Positions 1-9,357 of a stretch of 64,000 nucleotides of DNA are shown piece by piece. This DNA is from Candidatus Parvarchaeum sp. (GTDB lineage Archaea > Nanobdellota > Nanobdellia > Pacearchaeales > GW2011-AR1). The position numbers and the translations under genes were made by a program. Below the pieces are notes generated by a model that ran no database searches, had not been told where the DNA came from, and saw only the letters and a list, made by a program, of their open reading frames with translations. The stretch lies in the NCBI GenBank assembly GCA_020724955.1, contig DYFY01000005.1, positions 452 to 64,451 on the forward strand, written 5' to 3'. The stretch's first letter is position 1, and every line of letters begins with the position of its first letter.

Positions 1-195
1 AACAAAAAAACCAGAAGCCTGGAAATGGGAGAAGCTAAAATTGTCGGGGATAGGGCAATATTCAACATAACTCCGAGCCCGGGAGCTTCGACATGCCTGA
101 AGAACGCTGAAGATGATGCAAAAAAAATAGCTGAATGGCTTGGAAAAAAATACAAGTTCGATAACAATAAATTTAGAAAGGATCTGGAAGATTAA
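1..195 (+). CDS. 3' end of a CDS cut by the window edge (hypothetical protein)
   Basis: Frame open from base 1 to TAA at 193-195 (...AKKIAEWLGKKYKFDNNKFRKDLED*). No motif recognised. Confidence 0.3.
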   Translation, partial: NKKTRSLEMGEAKIVGDRAIFNITPSPGASTCLKNAEDDAKKIAEWLGKKYKFDNNKFRKDLED

Positions 196-349
196 TGTAA
201 AGTAAACTTTCCAATTTAACATAGCATACAAAAGAGATTTCCAATCATTCCTTATATTCCATATTAAAATTAAGATAATTATTATTTATGCGAACTTTGC
301 TTTATGCAAATTATACGGGAGTGTTAAGTTATAAACTGGACTTAACAAT
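196..349. repeat. Copy A of a ~154-bp dispersed non-coding repeat (partner at 30964..31117)
   Basis: Aligns by eye to 30964..31117 with only a few mismatches. Contains the hairpin GTTAAGT-N10-ACTTAAC. Confidence 0.85.
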
Positions 350-386
350 TAAGAAGAGTTTATTAATTCTATTTCAAAATAAGATT

Positions 387-824
387 ATGGAAAAAGAGAT
401 TATAGTTGGGGGTCATGTCTTAATAATGAGGGCTCATGGAAGGTATAATGTTAAAGTATGCAAAAAAATGTGCGGGATGATTTTCAAAATTGAGAAAAGA
501 CTTAAAAAGATAATGAAAAGATACAGACTGCCTTCTCAAATCTTTATCCAGTTTAAAAGCGGAGATGAGACTCTTGACGGATTTTATCATGTTGAACCTA
601 AAAAAGTTGCAAAGAACATCACAGCCATTGATATTTTCACAAAGCAACTGCGGGAGCTGGAGAAAGCCGAGGGAGAAAAAAGTTTTGAAATAAATTTAGT
701 TGACACGCTGATTCATGAGCTTGTTCACAATAAGGTTAAAGAAGAAAAGAAAACAAGAAGAATTGTTAAGGCATATATGAAAAAAAATAAAGATAAGATA
801 TTGTCGGAGCTGTCCGGCAGATAA
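387..824 (+). CDS. Hypothetical protein with HExxH motif (possible small zinc metallopeptidase)
   Basis: LIHELVHNK motif near the C-terminus. The track start at 288 lies inside the repeat and is stop-terminated in the other copy, so the internal ATG at 387 (MEKEIIVGG) is preferred. Confidence 0.5.
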   Translation: MEKEIIVGGHVLIMRAHGRYNVKVCKKMCGMIFKIEKRLKKIMKRYRLPSQIFIQFKSGDETLDGFYHVEPKKVAKNITAIDIFTKQLRELEKAEGEKSFEINLVDTLIHELVHNKVKEEKKTRRIVKAYMKKNKDKILSELSGR

Positions 825-835
825 AAAAGAAAAAA

Positions 836-1966
836 ATGGTGCACAAAACAAAAGGGCTTTTTGATTATTTTCAAAATCGGGAGATAGGAGAGTTGTATGC
901 AAGCATAGGCCTGAGATCATTCGGCCTTGGACTGATAGCTGTTTTTATTCCGATATTTCTCCTGAAGCTGAACTATTCATTAAAATCTATTTTTATTTTC
1001 TATGCTATTTTTTACGGAGTTCATGCTCTGATGGCTGTTCCTGCTGTTAAGACAGGCTCCAAATACGGATTCAAACACACTATGCTTTTCAGCATTCCAT
1101 TTGTTGTTCTGGGTTTTATCCTGCTTTATACTCTTGAGCAGTTTAACTGGCCACTGGCTTTGATAGGATTCTCCTGGGGGATAAGCAGCGCCTTGTTCTG
1201 GACAGGGTTCCATGTTGATTTTGCTTTTTTCAGCGAGAACAAAAAAAGGGGCTCTCAAGTTGGATTTGCAAAGATAGTCGCTTCAGGATTTGCTTTTTTA
1301 GGGCCGATTATAGGAGGGGTTGTTTTGAGCTTGTCAGGATTTAAGATTCTTTTTGTAGTTGTGACTTTAATTTTGCTTCTGTCTGCCTGGCCTTTATTTT
1401 TTTCGGAGGAAATAACCTCTAAAACAGAAATTTCCTTGAGAGAGATGTTTAGCAAAAAAAGGTTTAAAGATTTTATAGGGCTTGCTGGGCTTGGGATTGA
1501 AGGAGGTGTCGCAGCTGTTGCCTGGCCGATTTTTATATTTACCACAATTCTGGGAGGCTATGCTTCTTTGGGGCTTGTGACTTCAATAACCCTGCTTTCC
1601 TCTTCGGTTTTTGTTTTTATTGTGGGAAAAGCATCTGACAGGCACAGAACCAAAATTTTGAAGATTGGAGCGGGCTTCAGCGCTGTGATTTGGGCTGTCA
1701 AAAGCCTGGTGACCACTCCTTTTCAGGTGTTTGTTATAGACGGGTTTTATGGAGCTGCAAATGCGGCTACAAGAGTTCCTTTTGATGCTATTAGTTATGA
1801 CAAAGCGCATAAACAGAAAAGCATCATCAAAACCATAGCGTTTAGAGAAATTGGCATTAACGTCGGGGGAGCTGTATTTTTTTTGATAATGGCTTTTACA
1901 TCAAATCTGATAGGAAGTTTTATCTGGGGAGGAAGCCTCGGAGCTCTGCTGATGTTGTTGTTTTAG
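836..1966 (+). CDS. Polytopic membrane protein, MFS-transporter-like
   Basis: 376 aa with about 10-12 hydrophobic helices and a short basic central loop. No specific motif verified. Confidence 0.5.
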   Translation: MVHKTKGLFDYFQNREIGELYASIGLRSFGLGLIAVFIPIFLLKLNYSLKSIFIFYAIFYGVHALMAVPAVKTGSKYGFKHTMLFSIPFVVLGFILLYTLEQFNWPLALIGFSWGISSALFWTGFHVDFAFFSENKKRGSQVGFAKIVASGFAFLGPIIGGVVLSLSGFKILFVVVTLILLLSAWPLFFSEEITSKTEISLREMFSKKRFKDFIGLAGLGIEGGVAAVAWPIFIFTTILGGYASLGLVTSITLLSSSVFVFIVGKASDRHRTKILKIGAGFSAVIWAVKSLVTTPFQVFVIDGFYGAANAATRVPFDAISYDKAHKQKSIIKTIAFREIGINVGGAVFFLIMAFTSNLIGSFIWGGSLGALLMLLF

Positions 1967-1991
1967 GTTTTCAGAAAGCCCTAAAAAATAA

Positions 1992-2816
1992 ATGCCTCAT
2001 TGCCTCATATCAAATGTGGAAATAAACAGAAATCTCAAAACAAATTTTGGAAAAGTGAGTGAACTATATGACAAAGCTAGAATTGGATATCCTGAAGAAC
2101 TCATCGGGGATGCGTTAAAATTTTCTAAAATAGACAAGAAAGCCAGAATTTTAGATGTTGGTTGCGGTTCAGGACAATTAATAGAGTCTCTTTTTAGAAA
2201 AGGATTTTATATAGTTGGATTGGATATAAGCCAAGATTTGGTCGAAATTGCAAAAAAGAAATATTCCGAATCTCCAAATGTTGAGCTTGTTGTTGGGTCT
2301 TTTGAAGATTTTGAAACACCTAAAGAAAATTTTGACGCTATTTTTTCAGGCATAGCTTGGCACTGGGTAAAACCAGAGAGAAGATATGAAAAAGCTTACG
2401 AGATTTTAAAGAAAAATGGTGCATTGGCCCTAGTTTGGTATTTTCAGGAAAGTAATAAATCGAACTTCTTGGGTGAAATCGGAAAAATTTTAGATAAATA
2501 CGGAGGAAAAAACGCTGGGCCTGCTGGACAAAGGATGAAAGATTATGCAGACTTTGTACATAAAGAATTAAGTGAAAACAGGTTTTTCAACTCTGTGCAA
2601 AGAAAAGAGTATTCTGAAGAATTAGAATTTAGCAAAAACAGATATGTTGAGCTTGTTTTAACATATGGGTGGGTTCAATCTCTTTCTGAAAAAGATAGAG
2701 ATAATTTAATCAAGGATTTGCAAGAAGTTTCCGGAAAATATACTGAACCATTAATTATTCCCTACAAATATGTCCTAATTTTAGCGAGAAAAAAGGTGGA
2801 AAATACAGGATCCTAG
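1992..2816 (+). CDS. Class I SAM-dependent methyltransferase
   Basis: Motif I ILDVGCGSGQL, followed by VGLDIS and AIFSGIAWHW. Confidence 0.8.
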   Translation: MPHCLISNVEINRNLKTNFGKVSELYDKARIGYPEELIGDALKFSKIDKKARILDVGCGSGQLIESLFRKGFYIVGLDISQDLVEIAKKKYSESPNVELVVGSFEDFETPKENFDAIFSGIAWHWVKPERRYEKAYEILKKNGALALVWYFQESNKSNFLGEIGKILDKYGGKNAGPAGQRMKDYADFVHKELSENRFFNSVQRKEYSEELEFSKNRYVELVLTYGWVQSLSEKDRDNLIKDLQEVSGKYTEPLIIPYKYVLILARKKVENTGS

Positions 2817-2847
2817 AAAAATAAATCCCAATATATTTGAACAAAAG

Positions 2848-3408
2848 ATGAAAAAAATAGCAAATTTTTGGATTAAAAAACTTGGAAATTATGCTGATGT
2901 TAAAAATAGTATTTTGCTTGAAATCGGATGCGGAGACGGGAAATTGGGATTAATTTTAGAAAGGTATGTTGTAAAAAAATATTATGGTATAGACCCGGAT
3001 CCCGAACTAATAGCTAAAGCAAAAAGACTTTTCCCCTATGATGTCCTTAATTTATCTATTGGCCGTGCTGAAAAAATACCTTTTAAAAGAAAATTTGACA
3101 TTTTGATTTATACTTTTTCATGGCATTTTATAAAGGACTTTAATAAAGCCCTCTCCGAAGCAAGAAGAGTTCTTAAAAAAAACGGAATTATTGCTATCCT
3201 TGAACCAAATAAAAAAACAACGAACTGGAAAAGCCCTGTATTAAGAAAAAACAGCCCGGAGTTTTCAGCTACAAAATATAAGGCTAAGTTAAGAGATTTA
3301 GAAAGGGCGCGTGATGTGATTTATGCGCAAAAAATTTTTAAAATAGAAGAAGAAAATATTGGTGACGAGAAAAGACCAAGTTTTTGGATACTTAGACATA
3401 TTGGCTAA
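2848..3408 (+). CDS. Class I SAM-dependent methyltransferase
   Basis: Motif I LLEIGCGDGKL, followed by YGIDPD and ILIYTFSWHF. Confidence 0.8.
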   Translation: MKKIANFWIKKLGNYADVKNSILLEIGCGDGKLGLILERYVVKKYYGIDPDPELIAKAKRLFPYDVLNLSIGRAEKIPFKRKFDILIYTFSWHFIKDFNKALSEARRVLKKNGIIAILEPNKKTTNWKSPVLRKNSPEFSATKYKAKLRDLERARDVIYAQKIFKIEEENIGDEKRPSFWILRHIG

Positions 3409-3432
3409 ATTTCTGGACAAAATTATTGAATT

Positions 3433-5046
3433 TCAGCTTCTTTCCTTCAAGAACTCTTTAAGAAGTTTTATTACTTCTTCTTTTTTTCCCGGAATAAAAT
3501 TCACAGAGCCTGCGTTTTTGTGGCCTCCGCCTTCTACAAATGCCTCTGGAAGCTTTTTGTCAATGTAATCGATAAAATCGTGCACAGAGAAATCTGCTTC
3601 ATTTGTCGCCCTAAAAGTTATTGCTGTGTTCATCAACCCTGCAGTTATCAGTGCAGTAGTTTTCTTTTCGAATTGTGCGTAATCGTGTATAAGCTCTACG
3701 CATCTTCCTGGCTTGGGATAAAAGCCAAAGCCGGGAAAGCTTTCTTCTATAAACATATATTGTAAAACCTTATTCCCAATTTTTTCCATCTTTGCGGCGG
3801 ACTTCGCAATTGCCAAGCCTTTGGACTCCAAATTTCTTATATATGGAGCCATTAAAGAAACGAGGGCTTTCTGGGTTTCTCTCGGCTCTCCGAAGACCAC
3901 TTCAATATATTCGCGTGCCTCCATAAATTTCAGCTTTGCTGAAACAAAAGAAATTACTGTTGCTATGTCTGCTAAAAGCTGTTTTGAATAGCCCTGCTTC
4001 TCGGCAGCCTTGAGATACTGGGAGATTGCATCAGCATTTGAAATTCTGTCTGCTAATCCAGCCATTGCAGCTATGCTCTCCATGTTTTCCACTGGGGAAA
4101 TAAATCTTGCCAGCTCAGAACACAACATTCCTGCTGAAAACTTGTCTCCTGTTTCTCCTATTAAAAATGGATTTATGTGGACCAAGACTTCTTTTGAGAT
4201 AACATCTTCATCGAAATAATGGTGGTCTATTACAATGAAATCCATACCTAAAACTTTCCCATGCTGAATCGCTATCAAGTCATCTTCCGATGAGCCGTTA
4301 TCTGCAATTATTACAAGAGGCATTTTGTTTGAAAATTTGGCCACGTCGGAAAGGGAGCGGGAAGAATCCCGTATAGAGTCGTCTATCTCGTATAAAGGAG
4401 CCGAACATGGCGCTCTTGTAAAATATTCCCATGCAGACTTTCCTCCGCCGTGCTGTTTTTCTATCAGAGGTTTTATCGCCTTTTCAAGAGAAAATCCGGA
4501 AGCATAGCCGTCTGCGTCATTGTGATGTCTTACTATAATAGGCCTATTCTCCAAAACCGCCAAACGAATTTGTGTTGCTGCTTCAATAAACCTTGGTTTA
4601 AGTTTTTCAAGAAGCTCTGAGCTTATTGAAAATTCTGTTGTGGCTGGCTTGGCTTTTTTTCTTACTTTTTCCTGTATTTCCTCTCGCATTTTTGTCGCCT
4701 CCAGATGAGATAGCTTTGTCATCCTAAAAATTTCGCCTTCTAGCATATTGTTGTATTCCCGAATTTCAACAAAAGCGCTTACAGCGTCTTTTTCATTAAT
4801 ATTTGCAAAAGCTCTGGTGCCCTGGCCCTCAAAACCCTTGAGCATGAAGGTTCCTGTCCCGTCGGAAAGAGCAAAGAGAGTCGGGCCTGATGTCTGGGCT
4901 ACCCGGTCTATCACTCCTCGAAGAATGAATTTTTTTCCGATAGTGCGTTTGTCTATGTTAGCTACGGCTATGGATTCGTCTTTCCTATCACGATTTTTTT
5001 GAAAATTTCCAGAATTCTTCTTGAAATTCTTGTTTTTCTTCTTCAC
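3433..5046 (-). CDS. RecJ/GAN-like DHH-family phosphoesterase with N-terminal OB fold
   Basis: DHH motifs VRHHNDADGYASG, IIADNG and VIDHH. C-terminal GGGHKNAGS (DHHA1-like). OB-like N-terminal region. Confidence 0.8.
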   Translation of the reverse strand: MKKKNKNFKKNSGNFQKNRDRKDESIAVANIDKRTIGKKFILRGVIDRVAQTSGPTLFALSDGTGTFMLKGFEGQGTRAFANINEKDAVSAFVEIREYNNMLEGEIFRMTKLSHLEATKMREEIQEKVRKKAKPATTEFSISSELLEKLKPRFIEAATQIRLAVLENRPIIVRHHNDADGYASGFSLEKAIKPLIEKQHGGGKSAWEYFTRAPCSAPLYEIDDSIRDSSRSLSDVAKFSNKMPLVIIADNGSSEDDLIAIQHGKVLGMDFIVIDHHYFDEDVISKEVLVHINPFLIGETGDKFSAGMLCSELARFISPVENMESIAAMAGLADRISNADAISQYLKAAEKQGYSKQLLADIATVISFVSAKLKFMEAREYIEVVFGEPRETQKALVSLMAPYIRNLESKGLAIAKSAAKMEKIGNKVLQYMFIEESFPGFGFYPKPGRCVELIHDYAQFEKKTTALITAGLMNTAITFRATNEADFSVHDFIDYIDKKLPEAFVEGGGHKNAGSVNFIPGKKEEVIKLLKEFLKERS

Positions 5047-5070
5047 GAGAATATGCGGATTTGAGGGGTT

Positions 5071-5093
5071 AAAAACCTTTTGAGAAGGTTTTT
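5071..5093 (-). terminator. Hairpin with flanking T/A runs downstream of the 5111..5452 gene
   Basis: AAAAACCTT-TTGAG-AAGGTTTTT, a perfect 9-bp stem. Confidence 0.35.
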
Positions 5094-5110
5094 ATTGTGG
5101 GATTTGAAAA

Positions 5111-5452
5111 TTAGTATCCTTTTGCTTTGTCTTGCAGATCTCTTTCTTTTATATCAGAAAAGATTTTATCATAATCATCTATGGAATAGATCTTCAATGC
5201 GCTATCGCTTTCCAATGGGGCATAAATATTAACTTTTTCGAAATGACCATCGCTCTCTATATCTATTGCATAAACAGTTATCTTCCCTGACCTATCAAAA
5301 ATTCTTAGCTCGTTTCCTCTTGGGGATTCTTCTGCAACAACCTTATAGCCTCCAATTGTACCCTCATATTTTTCACGACTGTCACATCCGCCAAGCAAGC
5401 CTGCTAATCCAACCGTTCCAGTCAATGCGATGTTTTTTATTGCTTTTCTCAT
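5111..5452 (-). CDS. Putative lipoprotein
   Basis: N-terminal signal ending in the lipobox-like LLGGC. Confidence 0.5.
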   Translation of the reverse strand: MRKAIKNIALTGTVGLAGLLGGCDSREKYEGTIGGYKVVAEESPRGNELRIFDRSGKITVYAIDIESDGHFEKVNIYAPLESDSALKIYSIDDYDKIFSDIKERDLQDKAKGY

Positions 5453-5458
5453 TTTACA

Positions 5459-5965
5459 CTATCTCCTAAACATGTTGCTGACAAGCTGTGTTTTGCCTTC
5501 AAAATTTAGAGCAAGAGGCTCATCAACTACCTTTAAATCAAGCTTTCCATCTCCGTCGAAATCTCCAATTTCGTAAGTTCTAGAAATCCAAGTTTTATCT
5601 TCGGGTCTCCTCACTCTAACCATATAAGGTTCTAACTGATTCATGAAACCCCACTTTTTCAGCCTAAGGTTACCTTCCTTATCTTTGAAGAAGGCGTCTT
5701 TGGAATATGCTTCTATATCATAAGAATTTAATCCTACTTCTCTTTCTACAAAAACCTCTTCTTGTCCATCACCATCCAAGTCATAATGAGCAATTGGTTT
5801 AACTTGACGATTTGGTATAATGGCCATCAAAGTAGCAAGTCCAGCAATAACACCTGCCCCTACACCGATAGCTTTTCCATATTGTCTACTCTTCCACCTC
5901 TCCGTAGGATGATACTGCCTAGTAACCTCATCATATCCTTCTCTTTCTAAATTTCTATCTTTCAT
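5459..5965 (-). CDS. Membrane-anchored protein with FG-GAP/VCBS-like DxDGDG repeats
   Basis: One TM helix (GVGAGVIAGLATLMAII). Motifs DLDGDGQEE and DFDGDGKLD. Confidence 0.5.
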   Translation of the reverse strand: MKDRNLEREGYDEVTRQYHPTERWKSRQYGKAIGVGAGVIAGLATLMAIIPNRQVKPIAHYDLDGDGQEEVFVEREVGLNSYDIEAYSKDAFFKDKEGNLRLKKWGFMNQLEPYMVRVRRPEDKTWISRTYEIGDFDGDGKLDLKVVDEPLALNFEGKTQLVSNMFRR

Positions 5966-6047
5966 CTTAGTAATTTCAGAAAAAACTAGTATTTAAATCT
6001 TTCTATTTTGTGACTACTTTCTAGTTATTCTGTATTTTAGAATTGGG

Positions 6048-6407
6048 TTAATTATACCCTTGAGAAACTGGTTCCTGAATTATCGAAACGTCTTCATGAT
6101 CCTCGATTCCTAAGTCTTGTTTGGTTAAGAACCATGCGAATCTCAAAAAGTTTTGGGCAGTCGCGCTTTCCATATTTAGCTTATACATATCAGATTTCCC
6201 AACTCTTCTCGTTTTGATAATAATTCCTTTTTTCAAAAATTCTTCAAAGAAAGTCTTCAAAGAATTGTAGCTGATGTTGGCTTCTCTTGCCATGTCAGTC
6301 ATGTTGAAGTCGAAGAAATGATTTCCAATTAAGAAGTCCAAAAACCTCAACTTTGGAGTGTCTCCAAAGTATTCCAAAAACGCTGGCTTGCTCTCTTCAT
6401 GCTTCAT
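6048..6407 (-). CDS. Winged-helix transcriptional regulator
   Basis: HTH-like MTDMAREANISYNSLKTFFEEFLKKGIIIKTRRVGKSDMYKLN. Confidence 0.6.
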   Translation of the reverse strand: MKHEESKPAFLEYFGDTPKLRFLDFLIGNHFFDFNMTDMAREANISYNSLKTFFEEFLKKGIIIKTRRVGKSDMYKLNMESATAQNFLRFAWFLTKQDLGIEDHEDVSIIQEPVSQGYN

Positions 6408-6532
6408 AAGTCTTTTAGAAATTAAGGTTATTTAAAAGATTCTTGTCTCTCTTTGGTTAAAAGAGAAAAGCTTAGATACTTCGTTTTCTTGTAGTAAGGA
6501 GAGATTCGGCTGATAGAATTGGATTGAGAACT

Positions 6533-6643
6533 ATGAAGAATAAAGAACTTAGTAATGCTATGGTGGGATACGTAATGTCAGAAGAAGCTTTAGCTAGAAA
6601 TTGGGATACTCCTGAAGAGGATGAAGCATGGAAAGATTTGTGA
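6533..6643 (+). CDS. 36-aa micro-ORF with an antitoxin-like acidic W...W tail
   Basis: MKNKELSNAMVGYVMSEEALARNWDTPEEDEAWKDL*. The tail resembles the C-terminus of the MazE-like ORF at 61027. Below the ORF-track size cutoff. Confidence 0.3.
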   Translation: MKNKELSNAMVGYVMSEEALARNWDTPEEDEAWKDL

Positions 6644-6658
6644 AATATTTACTAGGGA

Positions 6659-8830
6659 TTAACTATTCTGTAATTCCCTAACAGCATTCAGCACTCGAAG
6701 ATCTGGCGAGAGAATGTAAACATGATCGTCTCGGGAACGCAGGGCGCGATAGATTTTTTGGAGGAATTCTCTGCGTGCTTTGTCTTTGTAGAAATCCCAG
6801 AAATATGAAGGATGTGTTTTATTGAGGATTTTCCAGAAAGTGTCTTTGACGTTTGGATTTGGGTATTTTGTGAAAATGATGGAATTACAGGTTTCTCCCG
6901 GGAAGTCAACTCCTCTGGCGCACTTAGTTGAGAAAAGAATGTCTTTTAGGCCTTGCTTGAAAAGAGAAATTTGCATTCCTGTCTTGTCTTCTCTTTGAGA
7001 CTTACGGAGTTCCTCTGAAGATATAATGCTTGCTGTTTTGAATGCTTCTAGATTTGAAGGAAGATCTGCAAACGCATTTACATGCACTAACGTTGGCCTT
7101 TTAGCCTTAGAAATTGCTTCTGATAAGGCAACAAGATAATCTTCTCTGGAGTTGTCTTTTGATAAAGCAGAGTATTTGCAGTCGAATTCTTTGCCAGTTC
7201 TGACTATCTCTATTGTTCCTTGGGCAAATGATTCTGCTTCTACTCTGGCAAAATCTGAAATGCCGAATACGTTTTTTAAGACAGAATCTGAATGTAATGT
7301 GCCAGACATGAAGACTAGAGCGCGATTGGCTTCTACAAGCTCTTTAAATTTTTGAGATAGGTCTGTAGTTACAAGAGTTGCTATTAAATCAGTTTCTTCT
7401 TTTCTATAAGTTAGATATGTATCTTTCATTGAATTAGAGAACGTTTTGGCCGCTTCTAATGCTGTGTTTGCATAATTTAACTCATCAACTTCTATTTCGG
7501 CTTCTAAATCAGGATTGTTCATGAATAGCCTTAGCAGAGAATCTAGTTTTGTTTCTGAAATATGGAAAACTTTGTTTTCATCAACTCCTAAAGCGCGCTT
7601 ATTTTTTTCTTCTAAGTCTATTAAGTCGAGAATGTCTCTGATATTTTCTCTTACGATTAAATTATCTGGGAAAATCATGCTTAACGCTGTGTAAAGCCTT
7701 GTTAAATTAAGATCTAGCTGATTTGATAAAGAATCTAAGAACTCATCTCCTTCATCTATAATTTCAACTTCTGTCTGTGGCTTTCTTCCAAGCGAGAATT
7801 CAGAAAGATATTTTGCCGAATTGAATATGATTACATCTGCCTCAAGATAAGCGAGATATTGGTCGTAATAGGAACAACCTTGTTTTCTGTGATAGAAAAT
7901 AAATTCTTTTCCATTTACTCCGGCATATCTGTATTTTCTCGCATCTGCAAAATGCTGGATATCTATATTTGCAGGAAGTATCGGGCTCCAATAAGGATTT
8001 GAGGGAGCTATTGAGAGTCTTCTCATTTTTTTCAAAGAGGGAATTGAATTCTTGTCTGTAAACGGGTTTTCCAAATAATATTCTTTGATTTTATCGTAAT
8101 TCTTGTCGGACAGCTTGATATTTTCCGGGAGGAAAGAGTCTGCGCATGACTTCCCCTTAAAAAAGAGAGAATCATGATTTTCTCTTCCAGTTATCATTGC
8201 TATTTTTAGTTTTTTTCCGGAGGGTTTTGTTAAGTACTTATCTGACATGTAGTCGTCTTCATATTGCTTTTGGAGAGCTTTAACAGGGACAACAATAGAA
8301 GTTTTTCCAAGTACCCTTGCTATGTTCAACGCAATGGCTGATTTTCCAGTGCCACACACGCCGTGCAAAAAAATAACTTTCTTTCCCGAAGAAATAAGCT
8401 CAACAACTTCTTTTACAACATCCTCTTGAGTTTTTCCGTTTGAAAATTTGAGTGGCTCCAAAGCCTGAGAATTGGAATAAAGGCTCCAGAATTTTTTATC
8501 AAAAATGTTTTCTATTTTTTGCTCTTTCAAAAATGAAAGTTCTTCTGAGGTTTTAAGATGATTATTTGAAAGGCCTTCAGATTCTTTTTGAAAAAACCGG
8601 TTTATATTTGGTTCTGACATTTTCTTTCTTCTTATGTTGCAGTCAAAACAATTCCCTCTATGCCTTATTAAACGGCCGCATGCCTGGCATTTATAATCTT
8701 TTGGCCTTGGATACTCTTTTTCTGCATAATCCATGGGCTTCCCGTCAATGCTGGCAATTTTCCCTTGAGAGTCGAAAGTCATACGCGTCATATGGCTTCT
8801 TATTTGGAAATGTTTAAAAGTATTTGCCAA
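6659..8830 (-). CDS. XPD/DinG (Rad3)-family SF2 helicase with N-terminal zinc ribbon
   Basis: CQACG...CFDC ribbon, Walker A GVCGTGKSA, DEAH-like IIDEGDEF, and a C-terminal helicase motif ARGVDFPGE. Confidence 0.7.
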   Translation of the reverse strand: MANTFKHFQIRSHMTRMTFDSQGKIASIDGKPMDYAEKEYPRPKDYKCQACGRLIRHRGNCFDCNIRRKKMSEPNINRFFQKESEGLSNNHLKTSEELSFLKEQKIENIFDKKFWSLYSNSQALEPLKFSNGKTQEDVVKEVVELISSGKKVIFLHGVCGTGKSAIALNIARVLGKTSIVVPVKALQKQYEDDYMSDKYLTKPSGKKLKIAMITGRENHDSLFFKGKSCADSFLPENIKLSDKNYDKIKEYYLENPFTDKNSIPSLKKMRRLSIAPSNPYWSPILPANIDIQHFADARKYRYAGVNGKEFIFYHRKQGCSYYDQYLAYLEADVIIFNSAKYLSEFSLGRKPQTEVEIIDEGDEFLDSLSNQLDLNLTRLYTALSMIFPDNLIVRENIRDILDLIDLEEKNKRALGVDENKVFHISETKLDSLLRLFMNNPDLEAEIEVDELNYANTALEAAKTFSNSMKDTYLTYRKEETDLIATLVTTDLSQKFKELVEANRALVFMSGTLHSDSVLKNVFGISDFARVEAESFAQGTIEIVRTGKEFDCKYSALSKDNSREDYLVALSEAISKAKRPTLVHVNAFADLPSNLEAFKTASIISSEELRKSQREDKTGMQISLFKQGLKDILFSTKCARGVDFPGETCNSIIFTKYPNPNVKDTFWKILNKTHPSYFWDFYKDKARREFLQKIYRALRSRDDHVYILSPDLRVLNAVRELQNS

Positions 8831-8841
8831 CTTTTTGATGT

Positions 8842-9231
8842 ATGGAGAAAAAAATCATTGTAAGTTGGGTGATGCAAGTTGTTGTGGCTCTGATTTTCTT
8901 TCAAACCTTGTTTTTCAAATTTACCGGAGCTTCTGAGGCTGTTGCCATATTCACCAAGCTTGGAGTTGAGCCATGGGGGCGATGGCTTACTGGAATTCTC
9001 GAGCTCGGGGCGGGCGCTATGCTGTTGATTCCCGGAACAATCGTAATTGGAGCTATTTTAAGTTTAATAATAATAATTCCTGCTATTGTTCTGCATTTTG
9101 CAGTGCTTGGAATTAGTTCTAACAACGACGGAGGATTGCTGTTTGCGCTCGCAATTATCGTTTTAATTCTAAGTCTGGCTATTTTATGGATTAGGAGGAG
9201 CAGGCTGAAAAAATTGTTGAGAAAGTCTTAA
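8842..9231 (+). CDS. DoxX-like small membrane protein
   Basis: Four TM helices. N-terminal region resembles DoxX family proteins. Confidence 0.55.
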   Translation: MEKKIIVSWVMQVVVALIFFQTLFFKFTGASEAVAIFTKLGVEPWGRWLTGILELGAGAMLLIPGTIVIGAILSLIIIIPAIVLHFAVLGISSNNDGGLLFALAIIVLILSLAILWIRRSRLKKLLRKS

Positions 9232-9357
9232 CTTCTGGATAGGTGTATTTTAACAGCCCATTAAAAAATCATCTTGCTGGAAAGAAGAGTTTTTGTTCTT
9301 GTAGAGTTAATGGGCAAAGATTTAAATTTTCAGATTGTTTGTGTTTGCTGGATTAAA

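Noticed and set aside
288-386. N-terminal 33 codons of the track ORF 288..824 (MRTLLYANYTGVLSYKLDLTIKK...)
   Set aside because: This segment lies inside the 154-bp repeat. In the second copy (31055 onward) the same frame hits a stop after 24 codons. The extension is therefore most likely non-coding, and ATG 387 is preferred.
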